This document shows positions 1 through 12,026 of a stretch of 64,000 nt of DNA, one piece after another. This DNA is from Felis catus (lineage: Eukaryota), in the NCBI RefSeq assembly GCF_018350175.1, contig NC_058383.1:14572001-14636000 (forward strand), read 5' to 3'. Position 1 is the first letter of the stretch, and each line of letters begins with the position of its first letter. The translations under genes were made by a program, and so were the position numbers. The notes under the pieces were generated by a model, which made no database searches, was not told the origin of the DNA, and saw nothing but the letters and a program-made list of their open reading frames with translations.

Positions 1-130
1 CCACGTATGAGTGAAATCATATGGTGTTTGTCTTTCTCTGACTTAATCTTGCTTGGCATTATAGTCTGTAGCTCTATCTCTGTTGTTTCAGATGGCAAGA
101 TTTCATTCTTGTTATGGCTGAATAATATTC

Positions 131-168
<38 letters not shown>

Positions 169-220
169 CCATTCATCTGTGGATGAACGCTTGGGCTCCT
201 TCCATAGTTTGGCTATGATA
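1..220 (-). mobile_element. L1 3'-region fragment with (GT)n at 133-165
   Basis: gtgaaatcatatggtgtttgtctttctctgac...gctgaataatattcca...tatccattcatctgt is antisense L1 3' sequence. Confidence 0.8.
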
Positions 221-617
221 TAAGTCATTGCTGATAAGGCAATGCTGAGTCATTGGCTGATAAGTCATGAAAGGCACCTTAGCCTCTTGTTTCAGTCCAG
301 GCTCCAGATCAGCGGTTGGGCTGGCAGGTCGTCAGCTCCTAATCAGTTGCCCTTGCTCTTGCCCAAATCGTGAATCTGAGTCTCTTGGCCACTCTGCTTT
401 CTCACTTATGAAGCAAGTTCCCGAGACCACGTGTTGGCAATCGATGGTGGGCCCCAAACTCCAGAGGCCCATTTCAGTTCAGTTCGACAGTTATATTTGG
501 ACACGGATCCTTTGGCTTGCGTTTTAAGACTTCTTGGAAAAGAGAGAGAGAGAAAAGGCAGAAGGAGCTAAAAGACAGCGAATACCTTGGTCTTCAGCCG
601 TTAAAGTTTATCTTTGA

Positions 618-780
618 TCGCGGTCCGTGAGTTCGAGCCGCGCGTCGGGCTCTGGGCTGATGGCTCGGAGCCTGGAGCCTGTTTCCAATTCTGTGTCTCC
701 CTCTCTCTCTGCCCCTCCCCCGTTCATGCTCTGTCTCTCTCTGTCCCAAAAATAAATAAACGTTGAAAAAAAAAAAAAAA
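618..780 (+). mobile_element. 5'-truncated Can-SINE (SINEC_Fc type)
   Basis: B box GTTCGAGCC, ctgggctgatggctc diagnostic, CT tract, AATAAA and poly-A; near-TSD aaag(t/g)ttatctttga on both sides. Confidence 0.9.
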
Positions 781-1507
781 GGTTATCTTTGAAAGAACAT
801 AGACACTAGGTATTGGGTAGTCATGAAGTGGGGCCTACTCCCGTCAGCACAAATGGGGATCTTTTTACAGATTTCAGTGTTCTTTCCCCAAAGAGGGCCC
901 AGCTGATGGCTCTTGCAAGCACGCTTCCAGCTCGAATTAATCGGCTGCCTGTTGACGGGGGCTCCCCACACTGCCCGAGCACAGAGAGCCAAGTTGAGGA
1001 ACTAAGGAAGCCAAACAGGGATCATTGGTGCTGCCGATGGTAACACAACACGAGACTGTCAGACCCGGCTAGCGCTTATCGTCATCCATAATAGAGGCTT
1101 CATAAAACACCAAGATCAAACATCATCTCGTTCACTCTTTCGTTGGATGCCCCCTTACCTTAAGCACTTAGTAACAGCTTGTTCTAGGGCAGAAAACTCA
1201 TTCTGATGGTGAGCCAAGCCAAGGCCACTTCTCAGTAACCTCCTCCCACAGCCCACCCTTGGAGCTCTGACACGATCAACTGTCCGTTACAATCCACAGT
1301 GTGCCTTAAAGCCAGTGCCCTACCTTGAAGTTTTAACAGGGCCTGTTATAGCTGAGAGAAAAACAGCCTGTATTCCAGTTGTATCTGTGGACAGAGTTCA
1401 CTTCTGCCATCCAGCGAAATGGTTAACTTTCTTGGCTAGGGAAGCCGTCTCCCCTTTGCCGCAGGATTAGGTACATGTTGTGGAAAAATGTTCATCTACT
1501 GTTTCTT

Positions 1508-1701
1508 TCTTTTTTTAATGTTTATTTACATTTATTTTTGAGAGAGAGAGCAAGGAAGGGGCAGAGACAGAGAATCCCAAGCGAGCTCCCTGCCGCGAGA
1601 GCGGAGCCCGACGCGGGGCTCAAACTCACAAACCACAGGATGGCGATCTGAGCTGAAATCAAGAGTCAGATGCTCAGTGAACTGAGCCACCCAGGAGCCC
1701 C
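1508..1701 (-). mobile_element. Can-SINE
   Basis: Antisense SINE body; TSD tcatc(t/g)actgtttct. Confidence 0.9.
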
Positions 1702-2802
1702 CTCATCGACTGTTTCTAAAGAAAATTAATGGACGGAATCCTTCTCAAGAAAAAAAAGAAAAAAGATTCTCACAGACCCTCAGGGTTGACCTAATTTATT
1801 TTGTACCGCAGTGTTTCTCAAATATGTATGAACATAAAATGGCTTTTGCTCATAGCTCCATTACTGCTATAAAATAAAATAAATTTACAAGTCGATACAA
1901 ACGAATCTACAGAGTCAATAAAACTTAACGTTAGCATTCATTCAACCTGGTGGCGGCCTGGCCTGTTGACGCTAAGTTGCGGCTGCTTCGACTGCGGTGA
2001 TGGTAACAACGGCCTTAGCAGAGGTCGTGTGTCCTGGGATAACCTGATCATTCCACCTCTTTTCTGTATCCCAGCTGTTTTTGAAATACGTATTCACCAT
2101 TCACTAGTGCAGCCCAGATTTACGAGCACCCGGGACGTAGCTAAGGGTAGAGCCGTGAGCGAAGCAGATAGAGACCCTGCTTTCCAAGAAGCCATATTCC
2201 ACTGGCTTTCCTGAGAGGCAAACACATTGATATCAAAATCTCCGCTCCTTCCTTCTCTTTCACCTGGGACAGCTCCTGTAGAACTATTTGGTGCCAATGC
2301 TGTTGTGACACCGACTCAAAGCCCTGTCCCAAATTCACGATGGGCGCGAGCTGACCCCCCAGCTGATTCAGAAGATGCTTGTAATAATTTTTAGGCAATT
2401 AGCAAAATGAAGACCCAACATTTGAAAATCTGACGGACGTCCTACAGCTGCAGGAGTCCGAGAACCTGCAGGTGCCATTGGAGAAGCGATGCTCGGGTCT
2501 CTTTGCATTCCGCAAAGTTGGATAAGGACGCGGTACCCGTAGATCTGTGATGGGTCTCATCCCTAGGGGACTTGTTTCCAGCTCTTACTTTTCTTCCAGC
2601 TGCTCACCTTTTGGTCACTCCCAAACTTGGTGTCCTATGTGGACGAGAGCAAACCCTCCTAACTGAAAAAAAATCACAGGATTGTTTTTTTTCTTCTAAT
2701 TTTCGACGTGAAGCAAGAAATTGCACCACAGGACTTTGGAAAGCATTGGTCAGAGCGAGATGGGAGAGTCTCGGGGAGCTTTAGCAGTACGACTGGGACT
2801 CA

Positions 2803-3005
2803 TTTTTTTCAATGTTTATTTAGTTTTGAGAGAGAGCATGAGTGGGGGAGGGGCAGAAAGCGAGAGGGGGACAGGGGATCCAAAGCAGGCTCCGCGTGAA
2901 CAGCAGAGAGCCCAAGGCAGGGCTCGAACCCACGAACCGTGAGATCACGACCCGAGCCTAAGTCAAGAGTCGAACGCTTAACCGACTGAGCCACCCAGAT
3001 GCCGC
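2803..3005 (-). mobile_element. Can-SINE
   Basis: T-rich tail, GA tract, accgactgagccaccca head. Confidence 0.9.
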
Positions 3006-3794
3006 TGAAGGGGGCTAATCTTTTCCTCGGTAGCTAACATTATAAAACCATTCTCCCTCAGTCCTGGGAGCCTGGGCTTGCACATCCCAGATCCAGCCTG
3101 GCAAGGCAGGGAAAGTGGGGTTTCCGGTGGCCACAGTGAAATAGACACCGGGCAAATAAACGTCAGCATGAACTTCAGACGTTGAGGTTTCTGCAAAAGC
3201 CTTTGGCACGGTCGCTGGTTAGTTATAAGGCTGGTGTTTGTAATGCAGCCCTGCAGATAACAAAAAAGAATATACAGGCCGCGTGGTGTTTAAATGTTCC
3301 CCTAGACTTTTTGACACTGAAATCACACAGAGAACAATGAAACCTCCCCATCCTGGCCCAAGGCGCCAAACCAAGTTCTGGTGCCCAAGTTCACGCCTCC
3401 AAAGTCCTAATGAGTAACCAGCATGGTGCTAGGCTCGAAGCCGGTGACACGTCTAGAGGAAACAGCTCCCTGCAGGAGCCTGGGGAGAGAGGAGGCCAGA
3501 AACTCCCATCCACCCTGGGCCCAGTCTATCCACAGCCCGACTATGACCTGCCCCTGACCTAGATGGAGAGCCTCTGCTCTCTGAGGCTCCCCCCCGCCCC
3601 CCAGGCTTGTGACAATCTCACAGAGGTGTCATATCAGTCAGGGCTCCGCCCTTGACAGCTGTGACATAAAAATGAGAGATGAGAGCTTAGCAGAAGAACG
3701 TTACCGCCTCTGAGGAAGAAAGAATCCGCGCTGTGGGTAAGTGCTGGTGGGGAGTTTATTGCTCTGGTTTGTTTCCATTTTGTGTTCTAAGTTG

Positions 3795-3847
3795 TTTTTT
3801 TTTTTAAGTTGATGTATTTATTTTTGAGAGTGAGAGAGCAAGCAGGG

Positions 3848-3879
<32 letters not shown>

Positions 3880-3998
3880 ATCCCAAGCAGGCTTCAGCGG
3901 CCAGTGCAAAGCCCGACACTGGGCTTGATCCCGTGAACCGTGAGATCGTAACCCGAGCTACTGTCAAGAATCGGCTGCTTAACTGAGCCACGCAGGCA
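3795..3998 (-). mobile_element. Can-SINE
   Basis: T-rich tail, (GA)n, gaatcccaagcagg body. Confidence 0.85.
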
Positions 3999-4329
3999 AT
4001 TAGGTTTTCTTTATTTTAAATTATGCGCTCTTTAAAGATCATTCTTCCCCACAAGGAATTACCCAAAGGCCTGAGGAGGCTGGGCGCAAGCGCCCAGAGG
4101 TTAACACAGGCGAATGCAGGCCGGTATTCCTCTCAAAGGCCGGGAAGGTTTGGTTTGGGTTCCGATACAGTTTGGGTAGTTTTGGTTTTCATTGCTTTCC
4201 TCCGATTGCTATTGGTTTCTTCATCGGGCTGGTGCGAACCGCCGGTGTGCTTGGCGGGAATTTTCTGGTCGGACCGAGCCCGCCTCGTGCCCTGGAGAGC
4301 GGGGGCACCTAAGTGTGATTATCACCGTA

Positions 4330-4520
4330 ACTACAACCGCCACCATTATCTGAGCACGTGCTGTGTGTGTGTTCCCAGCGACCTCTGGGCAGGTGCTACC
4401 ATTTTCCCTTCACAGATGAGACACCGAGGCTCAGAAAGGTTAAGAACCTGCCCTGACCTCACGGGGCGTGCAAGTGGAAGGTGTGGGTCTGTCTCGCTCC
4501 AAAGCACGTGTCCATAACCA
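4330..4520 (-). mobile_element. MIR fragment
   Basis: cacagatgagacaccgaggctcagaaaggttaag MIR core. Confidence 0.7.
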
Positions 4521-6339
4521 CAAAGCAACACCGTTCGTGCAGGCGGCTGTGCTCGGCGGCCTCTGTTCTGATATGAGACCCGCAGATTCGAGAGGAAGCG
4601 GACGATTAAGCTGTCACCAGCACGATGTCCACGGTCTGCTGAGGTTCGTTGACTTCAGTCCCCGGGGGGGAAGCTTCGTCCCAATGAGGCAGCAGCTGAT
4701 TGAGAACAGCCAGTGCTGCCGGAGGCGCCGGCCTCCTGTCTCAAACCTCTACTCCCCTGTATCAGCTTGAAGTTCCAACAAAATGCGTGCTCTGAGGAGT
4801 CACAGAGGACGAGTAGCCAGTTCTGCCCGAAACGGCTCAAAGACTCCTCCGCAGGCTAGGAAACTAATCTGATTCGAACGGGAGCAAGCTGCACACATTA
4901 ATTGATGGTTGATGAGAGAAATTAGACGATACAAGTAAGTAATAACAAGAGGAAGATAACATTAATAATCCCACCGCCCAGAGAGACCTCGAAACACTAT
5001 TCGTTGCATTTCCGAACATCCTTCCCTACCCGTAACTTCGTATCTATGACACATGACGGGCTTGTAACATGATTAACCGTAATGAAATAAATGGAAGTGT
5101 CTGCACTTTGGTCCGAAAAGCCGGCGGTACTAATGTATGCCAGGGGAGACACGGCTTAGCAAGCATCTGGCATAGGATGAAATGAGCTTTATTTAACAGT
5201 TGCCTCCATAGGAGTTAGCAAGCTCCGAAAGAAGCCGATGGAATCTCGGAGCGGGAAATCCAGAAGAATCCACCGCTCATCCTGCCACCTTGGAGTCCAC
5301 TCAATGAATGGGTGGTAATGTGGAAATCGCATCTTATTAAGGAAGAAATGAAGCATGTTGAACGCAGCGGAAATGGTCACTGCCTTGAGGGCTCAGTGGA
5401 CCACCAAGGGGCGGGGCGGGAGAATGTCCACGGGAGACTGTTTGGATTGCTTCTTCGTGACCCAGAGAGTCAGAAGGAGGCTAAACAGATGGAAGCCAGG
5501 CTATGGCTTTGAGTTTAGTGTAAGAATCCGCTTTCTAAACAGAGCCACGCACCCAAAGCTGGAATGGGGGGGGGGTCTCAGAAGGGCGTGAGTTCCGCTC
5601 CTAGAGAGGTTCAAGCAGACGAGATGGCCCTTAATGTTACTGCCAGTCCTGTGCTTATAGGACTCCACTGTCCTCAGCTGAGTCTTCTGATGGCTCCCTG
5701 TCCCAGCCTCCACTGCTGGTAAAAATGTGAGCTGTGCTGTCAGAAGTGGGTGTCAGAGAGCTTTTTTTTTTTACAGAGATGCGCATGACAGCTGGGGGAT
5801 GAAAGCTGTACTTGTTACGTGTCACTTGTGAAGAGGTGGACCGGACTTGACAGTTCCCAGTTTATTTAACTGGATGACTCATGAAAAGGAAAATAAAGCA
5901 CATCGTTTCTTTAAAAAAAAAAAAAAAACACATTGCTTAATATTTAATCGTGGGCAAAGTAAAAATGCGCATTCCCCAGTGTTTATTTCAGACAAAGGCA
6001 ACAGGTTTACTTGAGGTCTAGCACTGGGAAGGGAGGAAGCTACCATAGACTCTTGTGGTTGTAAATTTTCTCCATAGGAAGAGGCATATTTCAGGCATAG
6101 AATTCTGAGTCGATTATGTAGATACTTCACCTAGCAAGGAAAGAACATAACCCCCTACTCCTTACGTGTGGCTTCCTTCCAAAGAATGCGGTGTGATGGA
6201 GGGAATAACTTGACAGTAGAGGAAACTGGCAAGCACTACTTCAGACAGGTGATGGTCAATGTCAACACAAATCATACTACTGATATGATGTGATGAAAAT
6301 GGCACTTCCCTCTGCTGTTTTCCTCCAAAGAAAACAGGA

Positions 6340-6450
6340 GAAGGAGAAGAAGAAGAAGAAGAAGAAGAAGAAGAAGAAGAAGAAAAGGAAAAGAAAGGAA
6401 AGGAAAGGAAAGGAAAGGAAAGGAAAGGAAAGGAAAGGAAAGGAAAGAAA
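6340..6450 (+). repeat. Compound (GAA)n-(GGAAA)n microsatellite
   Basis: Read directly from sequence. Confidence 0.95.
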
Positions 6451-7421
6451 ACTCAGAACTGCAGTCAAATCATTAGAAAAACATCAGGCAAGTTCCAGTA
6501 GAGAAGCATTCTACAAAATACCTGACCACATTACTCCTCAAAACCATCAAGGTATTAAACACAAGAATTGCCTGAGAAAATGTCACAGTCAAGAGGGGCC
6601 TAAGGAAACATGAAAAGTAAATGCAATGTGGTACCCTGCATGGGATCCTGGTTCAATAAAAATGACATTGAGTAATAAAATAAAAGGAAATCTGAATAAA
6701 TGGTCAACTGTAGTTGATGGAAACATATCATATAAACAAAAGCAAAAATCAACTATTGGGACTACATCAAAATAACAAGCTCCTGCCCAGCAAAGGAAAC
6801 AATCAACAAAACTTAAAGGCAACCTATGGAATGGGAGAAAATATTTACAAATGACATATTTGGTAAAGGGTTAGTACCCCAAATATATAAAGAACTTATA
6901 CAACTCAACCCTCAAAACCCAAATAATCCCATTTAAAAATGGGTCGAAGACATGAACAGACCTTTCTCCAAAGAAGACATCCAGATGGCGAACAGACACA
7001 TGAAAAGATGTTCAACGTCACTCCTCATCAGGGAAATGCAAATCAAAACTACAATGAGCTATCACATGACTACAATGAGCTCAAAACTACAATGAGCTAT
7101 TTGTCGGGATGGCTAAAATCAACAACACAAGAAACAACAGGCGTTAGGATGTGGAGAAAAAGAAACCCTTGCGCCCTGTTGGTGAGAATACAAATTGGTG
7201 CAGCCACTGTGGAAAACAATATGGAGGTTCCTCAAAAATGAGAAAAAAAAAGAACTACATTATGATCCAGTAATAGCACTACTGGGTGGTCAACGAATAC
7301 AAAAACACTAACTCAAAGGGATAGAAGCACCCCTATATTTATAGCAGCATTATTTACAATAGCCAAGATATGGAGGCAGCCCAGTGTCCACTGATTGATG
7401 AATGGATAAAAAAGATGTGAT

Positions 7422-7457
<36 letters not shown>

Positions 7458-7489
7458 GAATATTATTCAGCCATAAAAAAGAATGAAAT

Positions 7490-8508
7490 AATGTCCTTTG
7501 GTGGCTAAAATTAACAACTCATGAGACAACAGATGTTGGCAAGGATGCAGAGAAAGGGGAATGCTTTTGCACTGTTGGTAGAAATGCAAACTGGTGCAGC
7601 CACTCTGGAGAACAGTGCTAAGTTTCCTCAAAAAATTAAAAATAGAATTACCCTACGACTCAGCAATTGCACTACTAGGCATTTATCCAAGGGATACAGG
7701 GGTGCTGTTTCGAAGGGACACATGCACCCCCATGTTTATAGCAGCGCTATCAATAGCCGGGGGCGCCTGGGTGGCTCAGTCGGTTAAGCGGCCGACTTCG
7801 GCTCAGGTCATGATTTCGTGGTCCGTGAGTTCGAGCCCCGTGTCGGGCTCTGTGCTGACAGCTCAGAGCCTGGACCCTGTTTCAGATTCTATGTCTCCCT
7901 CTCTCTGACCCTCCCCTGTTCATGCTCTGTCTCTCTCTGTCTCAAAAATAAATAAATGTTAAAAAAATTAAAAAAAAAAACAATAGCCAAATTGTGGAAA
8001 GAGCCCTAATATCCATCCACTGATGAATGGATAAAGAAGATGTGGTATATATATAATGGAGTATTACTCGGCGATCAAAAAGAATGAACTCTTACCATTT
8101 GCAACAACATGGATGGAACTACAATGCATCATGCTAAGTGAAATAAGTCAGTCAGAGAAAGATAAATATCACACGATTTCACTCATACGTAGAACTTAAG
8201 AAACACAACAGATGAATATAGGGAAAGGGAAAGGAAAATAAGATAAAAACAGAGAGGGCAGCAAACCATAAGAGACTCTTAAATACAGAGAATAAACTGA
8301 GGGCTGTTGGAGGGGAGGTCGGTGGGGGGATGGGCTAAATGGGTGATGGGCATTTAGGAGGGCACTTTTAGGGAGAAGCACTGGGTGCCATATTGTAAGA
8401 GATAAATCGCTGGGTTCTACTCCTGAAACTACACTGTATGGTAACTAACGTGAATTTAAATTAAAAAATAAAAATAAAAATAAAATAAAATGCTGTTGCA
8501 TCATCACA
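7490..8508 (+). mobile_element. Younger 5'-truncated L1 nested in the previous L1
   Basis: Second copy of L1 3' sequence with A-rich tail; TSD aaaaaagaa(t/a)gaaat at 7475-7489 and 8509-8523. Confidence 0.85.
7760..7980 (+). mobile_element. Can-SINE nested in L1
   Basis: Full-length; TSD caatagcc. Confidence 0.95.
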
Positions 8509-8662
8509 AAAAAAGAAAGAAATCTTGCCATTTGCAATGATGTGGATGGAGCCTGGACAGTAATGCTAGGGTGGAAAAAGTCAGAGAAAGACAAATACCA
8601 TATGACTTGTCTCCTATGTGGAATTTAAGAAACAAAACAAACAAGCAAAGAGAAAAAATGAC

Positions 8663-8695
<33 letters not shown>

Positions 8696-9037
8696 CTCTT
8701 AGCTGTAGAGAATGAACTGATGGTTACCAGAGGGGAGTTTGGTGGGGGGATGTTGGAAATAGGTGATGGGGGTTACCTGTCGTGATGAGCACTGGCTGAT
8801 GTATGGAAGTTTCAAATCACTATATCGTACACCTGAAACTAATATAACACTGTATGTTAACGACACTGGAATTACAATAAAATGTTTTTAATTAAAATTA
8901 AAGTTAATTAATATTGGTTAATTATAACAAATGCATCGTACTGTGAGGTGTTGATAATGGGGGGGGAAACAGTGGGTTGGGGGACATATTGTGAGAACTC
9001 TATTATCTGTTCAATTTTTCTGTAAATCTAAAACTAG

Positions 9038-9265
9038 TTTTTTTTCATTTTTTAATGTTTATTTATTTTTGACACACAGAGAGAGAGAGAGAGAGAGCAT
9101 GAGTGGGGGAAGGGGCAGAGAGAGAGGGAGACACAGAATCCGAAGCAGGCTCCAGGCTCCGAGCCATCAGCACAGACCCTGACGCGAGGCTCAAACTCAC
9201 AAACTGTGAGATCATGACCTGAGCCGAAGTCGGACACTTAACCGACGGAGCCACCCAGGTGCCCC
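9038..9265 (-). mobile_element. Can-SINE
   Basis: Full-length antisense; TSD taaaact. Confidence 0.95.
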
Positions 9266-9294
9266 TAAAACTGTTCTAAAATAAGCCTACTAAC

Positions 9295-9526
9295 GGGGCG
9301 CCTGGGTGGCGCAATCGGTTAAGCGTCCAACTTCAGCCAGGTCACGATCTCGCGGTCCATGAGTTCGAGCCCCGCGTCAGGCTCTGGGCTGATGGCTCAG
9401 AGCCTGGAGCCTGTTTCCGATTCTGTGTCTCCCTCTCTCTCTGCCCCTCCCCCGTTCACGCTCTGTCTCTCTCTGTCCCAAAAATAAATTTAAAAACGTT
9501 GAAAAAAATTAAAAAAATAAATAAAT
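9295..9526 (+). mobile_element. Can-SINE (SINEC_Fc type)
   Basis: Full-length; TSD aaataagcctacta. Confidence 0.95.
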
Positions 9527-10059
9527 AAATAAGCCTACTATTACTATTACCACAACTACTACTACTGAGAAAAAGACGGTGTCCATGGGCATTGTCTCTC
9601 CAATCATCGCTGAATGCCACGGTCTGGGAATTGGCTGTGCATCTGTCCAGGAGACAGCCCTGCCATCTTCTTACACTCAGCCATGATCACCCATAACAAA
9701 GGAGGCATGGCCTGGGGGCATTTTTCCGAACCATAAAAGCGCAATGATAAAGACAGCTTAGTCGATACCATTAATGGCTATTATGGAAAAGCCAATTGGG
9801 ATTTGGAGTTGCAGGATTCCATCTTTCTGCTCCCTTGAGGAGAAAGAAGATAGATCAGAAATTGCCAGCTCCAACCCCCCCCCCCTTTTTGGTACAGAAC
9901 CTTGGCATTGCTGTGTGCAGCAAGGCGCCCAGCTAGGAAACCCCATTTCCCAGCCCCCCTCACGGACGGGGGTAAGTAGAAGTATTTCCTCTGTGGACAG
10001 AGGCCCATTCGGCTTGGGGATCTATCCTTTGGCCCTTGACCTCTCGTTCTTTTGCTGCC

Positions 10060-10300
10060 ATGATATGATGGCTACGGCTGCAGCAACCATGTTGTAAGTA
10101 TCAGGTGACTTTGAGAACAGTGCAGTGGAAAATAAAGATACCCTGGGTCCCTGATGAAGCTATGGTACTAACTCTGGGTTGCTACTTCGGAATTTCTTCA
10201 CACGGGACACAAATAAAGCGAAACGTAAACCTTTCGCTTATGCGACCGTTATTTGGGATTCTCGATAATGTGGCATTGAACCACATCTTACTGATTCAGA
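10060..10300 (+). mobile_element. MaLR LTR fragment (MLT1J/K-like)
   Basis: gatggctacggctgcagcaaccatgttg...cctgggtccctgatga...aaataaa...ccgttatttggg...actgattca. Confidence 0.55.
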
Positions 10301-10519
10301 GACAAAAATCTCTTCTGATTCAGCAAACTTGATTCGGGGTGGCCTAAAATGTCTGCTGCAATGGCTCAAGCCTGAAGGTACAGATATATACATATCTATG
10401 TATGTATGTAATATATATATATATATATATGTCTCGAGGATTTAGGCTAGGCCTATACTGCCTACATCCATTCCCTCCAAAATGATAGTCCCTAGCCTCT
10501 CACTCTCACGCTCTCTCTG

Positions 10520-10708
10520 AAAAGAGAGAGAGAGAGAACACAAGAGTGAGTGGAGGAGGGGCAGAGAAAGAGGAAGAGAGAGAATCTTAAGCAGGCTCCA
10601 CGTTCAGCACAGACCCTGACTCCGGACTCGGTCTCACAACTGTGAGATCATGACCTGAGCCAAAATCAAGAATCGGACCCTCCACCGACTGAGCCATCCA
10701 GGTGCCCC
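10520..10708 (-). mobile_element. Can-SINE
   Basis: GA tract and antisense body. Confidence 0.9.
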
Positions 10709-10779
10709 TTTAGTCTCTTTTGAAAATGGATGAATAGGTGACATCAGGTGTCTACATTTCCCCCCCAAGACACCGTAGT

Positions 10780-11046
10780 GGATGTGATGGGCGTCTCTTT
10801 GGGGCTGAGCTTTCACTGAAGTGTGTTTGCCTCCCCACGCTCCCTTTCCCCTTCTGGGCCGGATGCAGACACCAGTGGGATCTCAAAGGATAGTGGAGCC
10901 ATAAGGTGGAAGGATGCTCAGCCCCTGAACGACTGCATGAAAGAGACCCTCTCATTGGCCCGAATACCAAACCAAGGTTGTTTTGTTGAGCCATTATATG
11001 TTTGGGCCTATTTGTTACTGCACCGTAGGTTACCCTAGCTAATACA
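10780..11046 (+). mobile_element. MaLR LTR fragment (MLT1-like)
   Basis: gtggagccataaggtggaagg...gagccatt...tttgttactgca...ctaataca terminus. Confidence 0.55.
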
Positions 11047-11085
11047 AGCTCATACATATAAAAGCTAATACAAGCTTTTATACAT

Positions 11086-11595
11086 TGTGTTGGCTATCTA
11101 TTGCTGCATAACAAATGATTCCAAAGCTTAGAGACTTAGAACAACATTTGCACCCTCACAGTTTCTATGGGTCAGCTTCTGAAGGCAGCTTCTCTGGGTC
11201 CTCTGCATGGGGCTGGAGTCATTTCAAAGCCGTGCTAGGAGAAGATCGCCTTCCAAGATCTATGGTTGTTGGGATGATTCGGGTGGACTGAGGGTTTGAG
11301 TTCTTTGTGGGTGGCTGGCCAGAGGCCAGAGGTCTCGGTTCTTTGCTGTGGGGCCCTCATGACACGGAAGCTTCATCAGAGCAAGCGAGAACACCAGAGA
11401 GAAAAAGAGCTAGTGAGACTGAAATCACGATCTTGTGTATCCTAACCTCCAAAGTGAAATCCCATCACTTTCGCCATTTGCCATTTTCTAGAAGCAAGTC
11501 ACTAAATCCGGCCCACCCTCAGGCAGAAGATACACAAGGGCCTGGATGTCAAGAGGCAGCAGTCACAAGGAGCCATTCAAAAGCTGCCTATCACA
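11086..11595 (-). mobile_element. MaLR LTR (MLT1F/G-like)
   Basis: ctattgctgcataacaaat...ctcacagtttctatgggtcag...agaagcaagtcactaaatccggcccac...gctgcctatcaca. Confidence 0.75.
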
Positions 11596-11659
11596 CACGC
11601 GAAGGCCCCATAAGAACCCTGCTTGAATCCGGTATTTACCCTGATTTGGTGAGGCCTAG

Positions 11660-11780
11660 CTACGTGAGGAAACCGAGACCCAGAGAAGTTAGGTAGCTTG
11701 GTCAGGGTCCTCGGTGGTAGATGGAGAACCATGTGTGGGACCAGCACCTGTGTTTGTCTCACTGCACCACCTTCCAGGCT
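11660..11780 (-). mobile_element. MIR fragment
   Basis: tgaggaaaccgagacccagagaagttaggtagcttg. Confidence 0.6.
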
Positions 11781-11984
11781 GCAGGGACATCGTGTCCAGC
11801 AGTGAGCCCGCATGTCTGGGCTGCAGGTGCATTGTGTCTGGTAGTGACCTTGCATGGATGGGGTAGCAGTCCATTGCATGAGAGCCTGAAAAAGAGGCTG
11901 TCCACCCACTTCAATCCCTGTGCAGGGTCCCTGCTTTCAGGAGCTGCACTCTGGTCCCCAGCCCCAAATAGCTGATCACAGCCT

Positions 11985-12026
<42 letters not shown>

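Larger units (their letters stand above)
6733..8895 (+). mobile_element. Carnivore L1, ORF2 C-terminal remnant plus 3'UTR (interrupted at 7490-8508)
   Basis: tgggactacatcaaa...caaaggaaacaatcaacaaa...gaatgggagaaaatattt; resumes at gaaatcttgccatttgcaa. Confidence 0.9.
6130..9035 (+). mobile_element. Old L1 (L1MC/L1MD-like) 3' end, present as 6130-6720 and 8900-9035, split by younger L1s
   Basis: aaatgcaatgtggtaccctgcatgggatcctgg...gaaatctgaataaa, resuming at ...ttttctgtaaatctaaaact. Confidence 0.65.

Noticed and set aside
6290..6613. Lysine-rich 107-aa ORF
   Set aside because: Translation of the (GAA)n/(GGAAA)n microsatellite inside an old L1.
7760..7850. tRNA-like A and B boxes (TGGCTCAGTCGG, GTTCGAGCC), repeated dozens of times, and recurring ORFs such as GAWVAQSV...AQVMIS
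   Set aside because: These are tRNA-derived Can-SINE heads with CT tracts, poly-A tails and TSDs; not tRNA genes, a CRISPR array or a protein family.
6939..7908. ORFs resembling the L1 ORF2 C-terminus (also 28009-28278, 41351-41654)
   Set aside because: Frameshifted, truncated L1 remnants; no intact reverse transcriptase or endonuclease.
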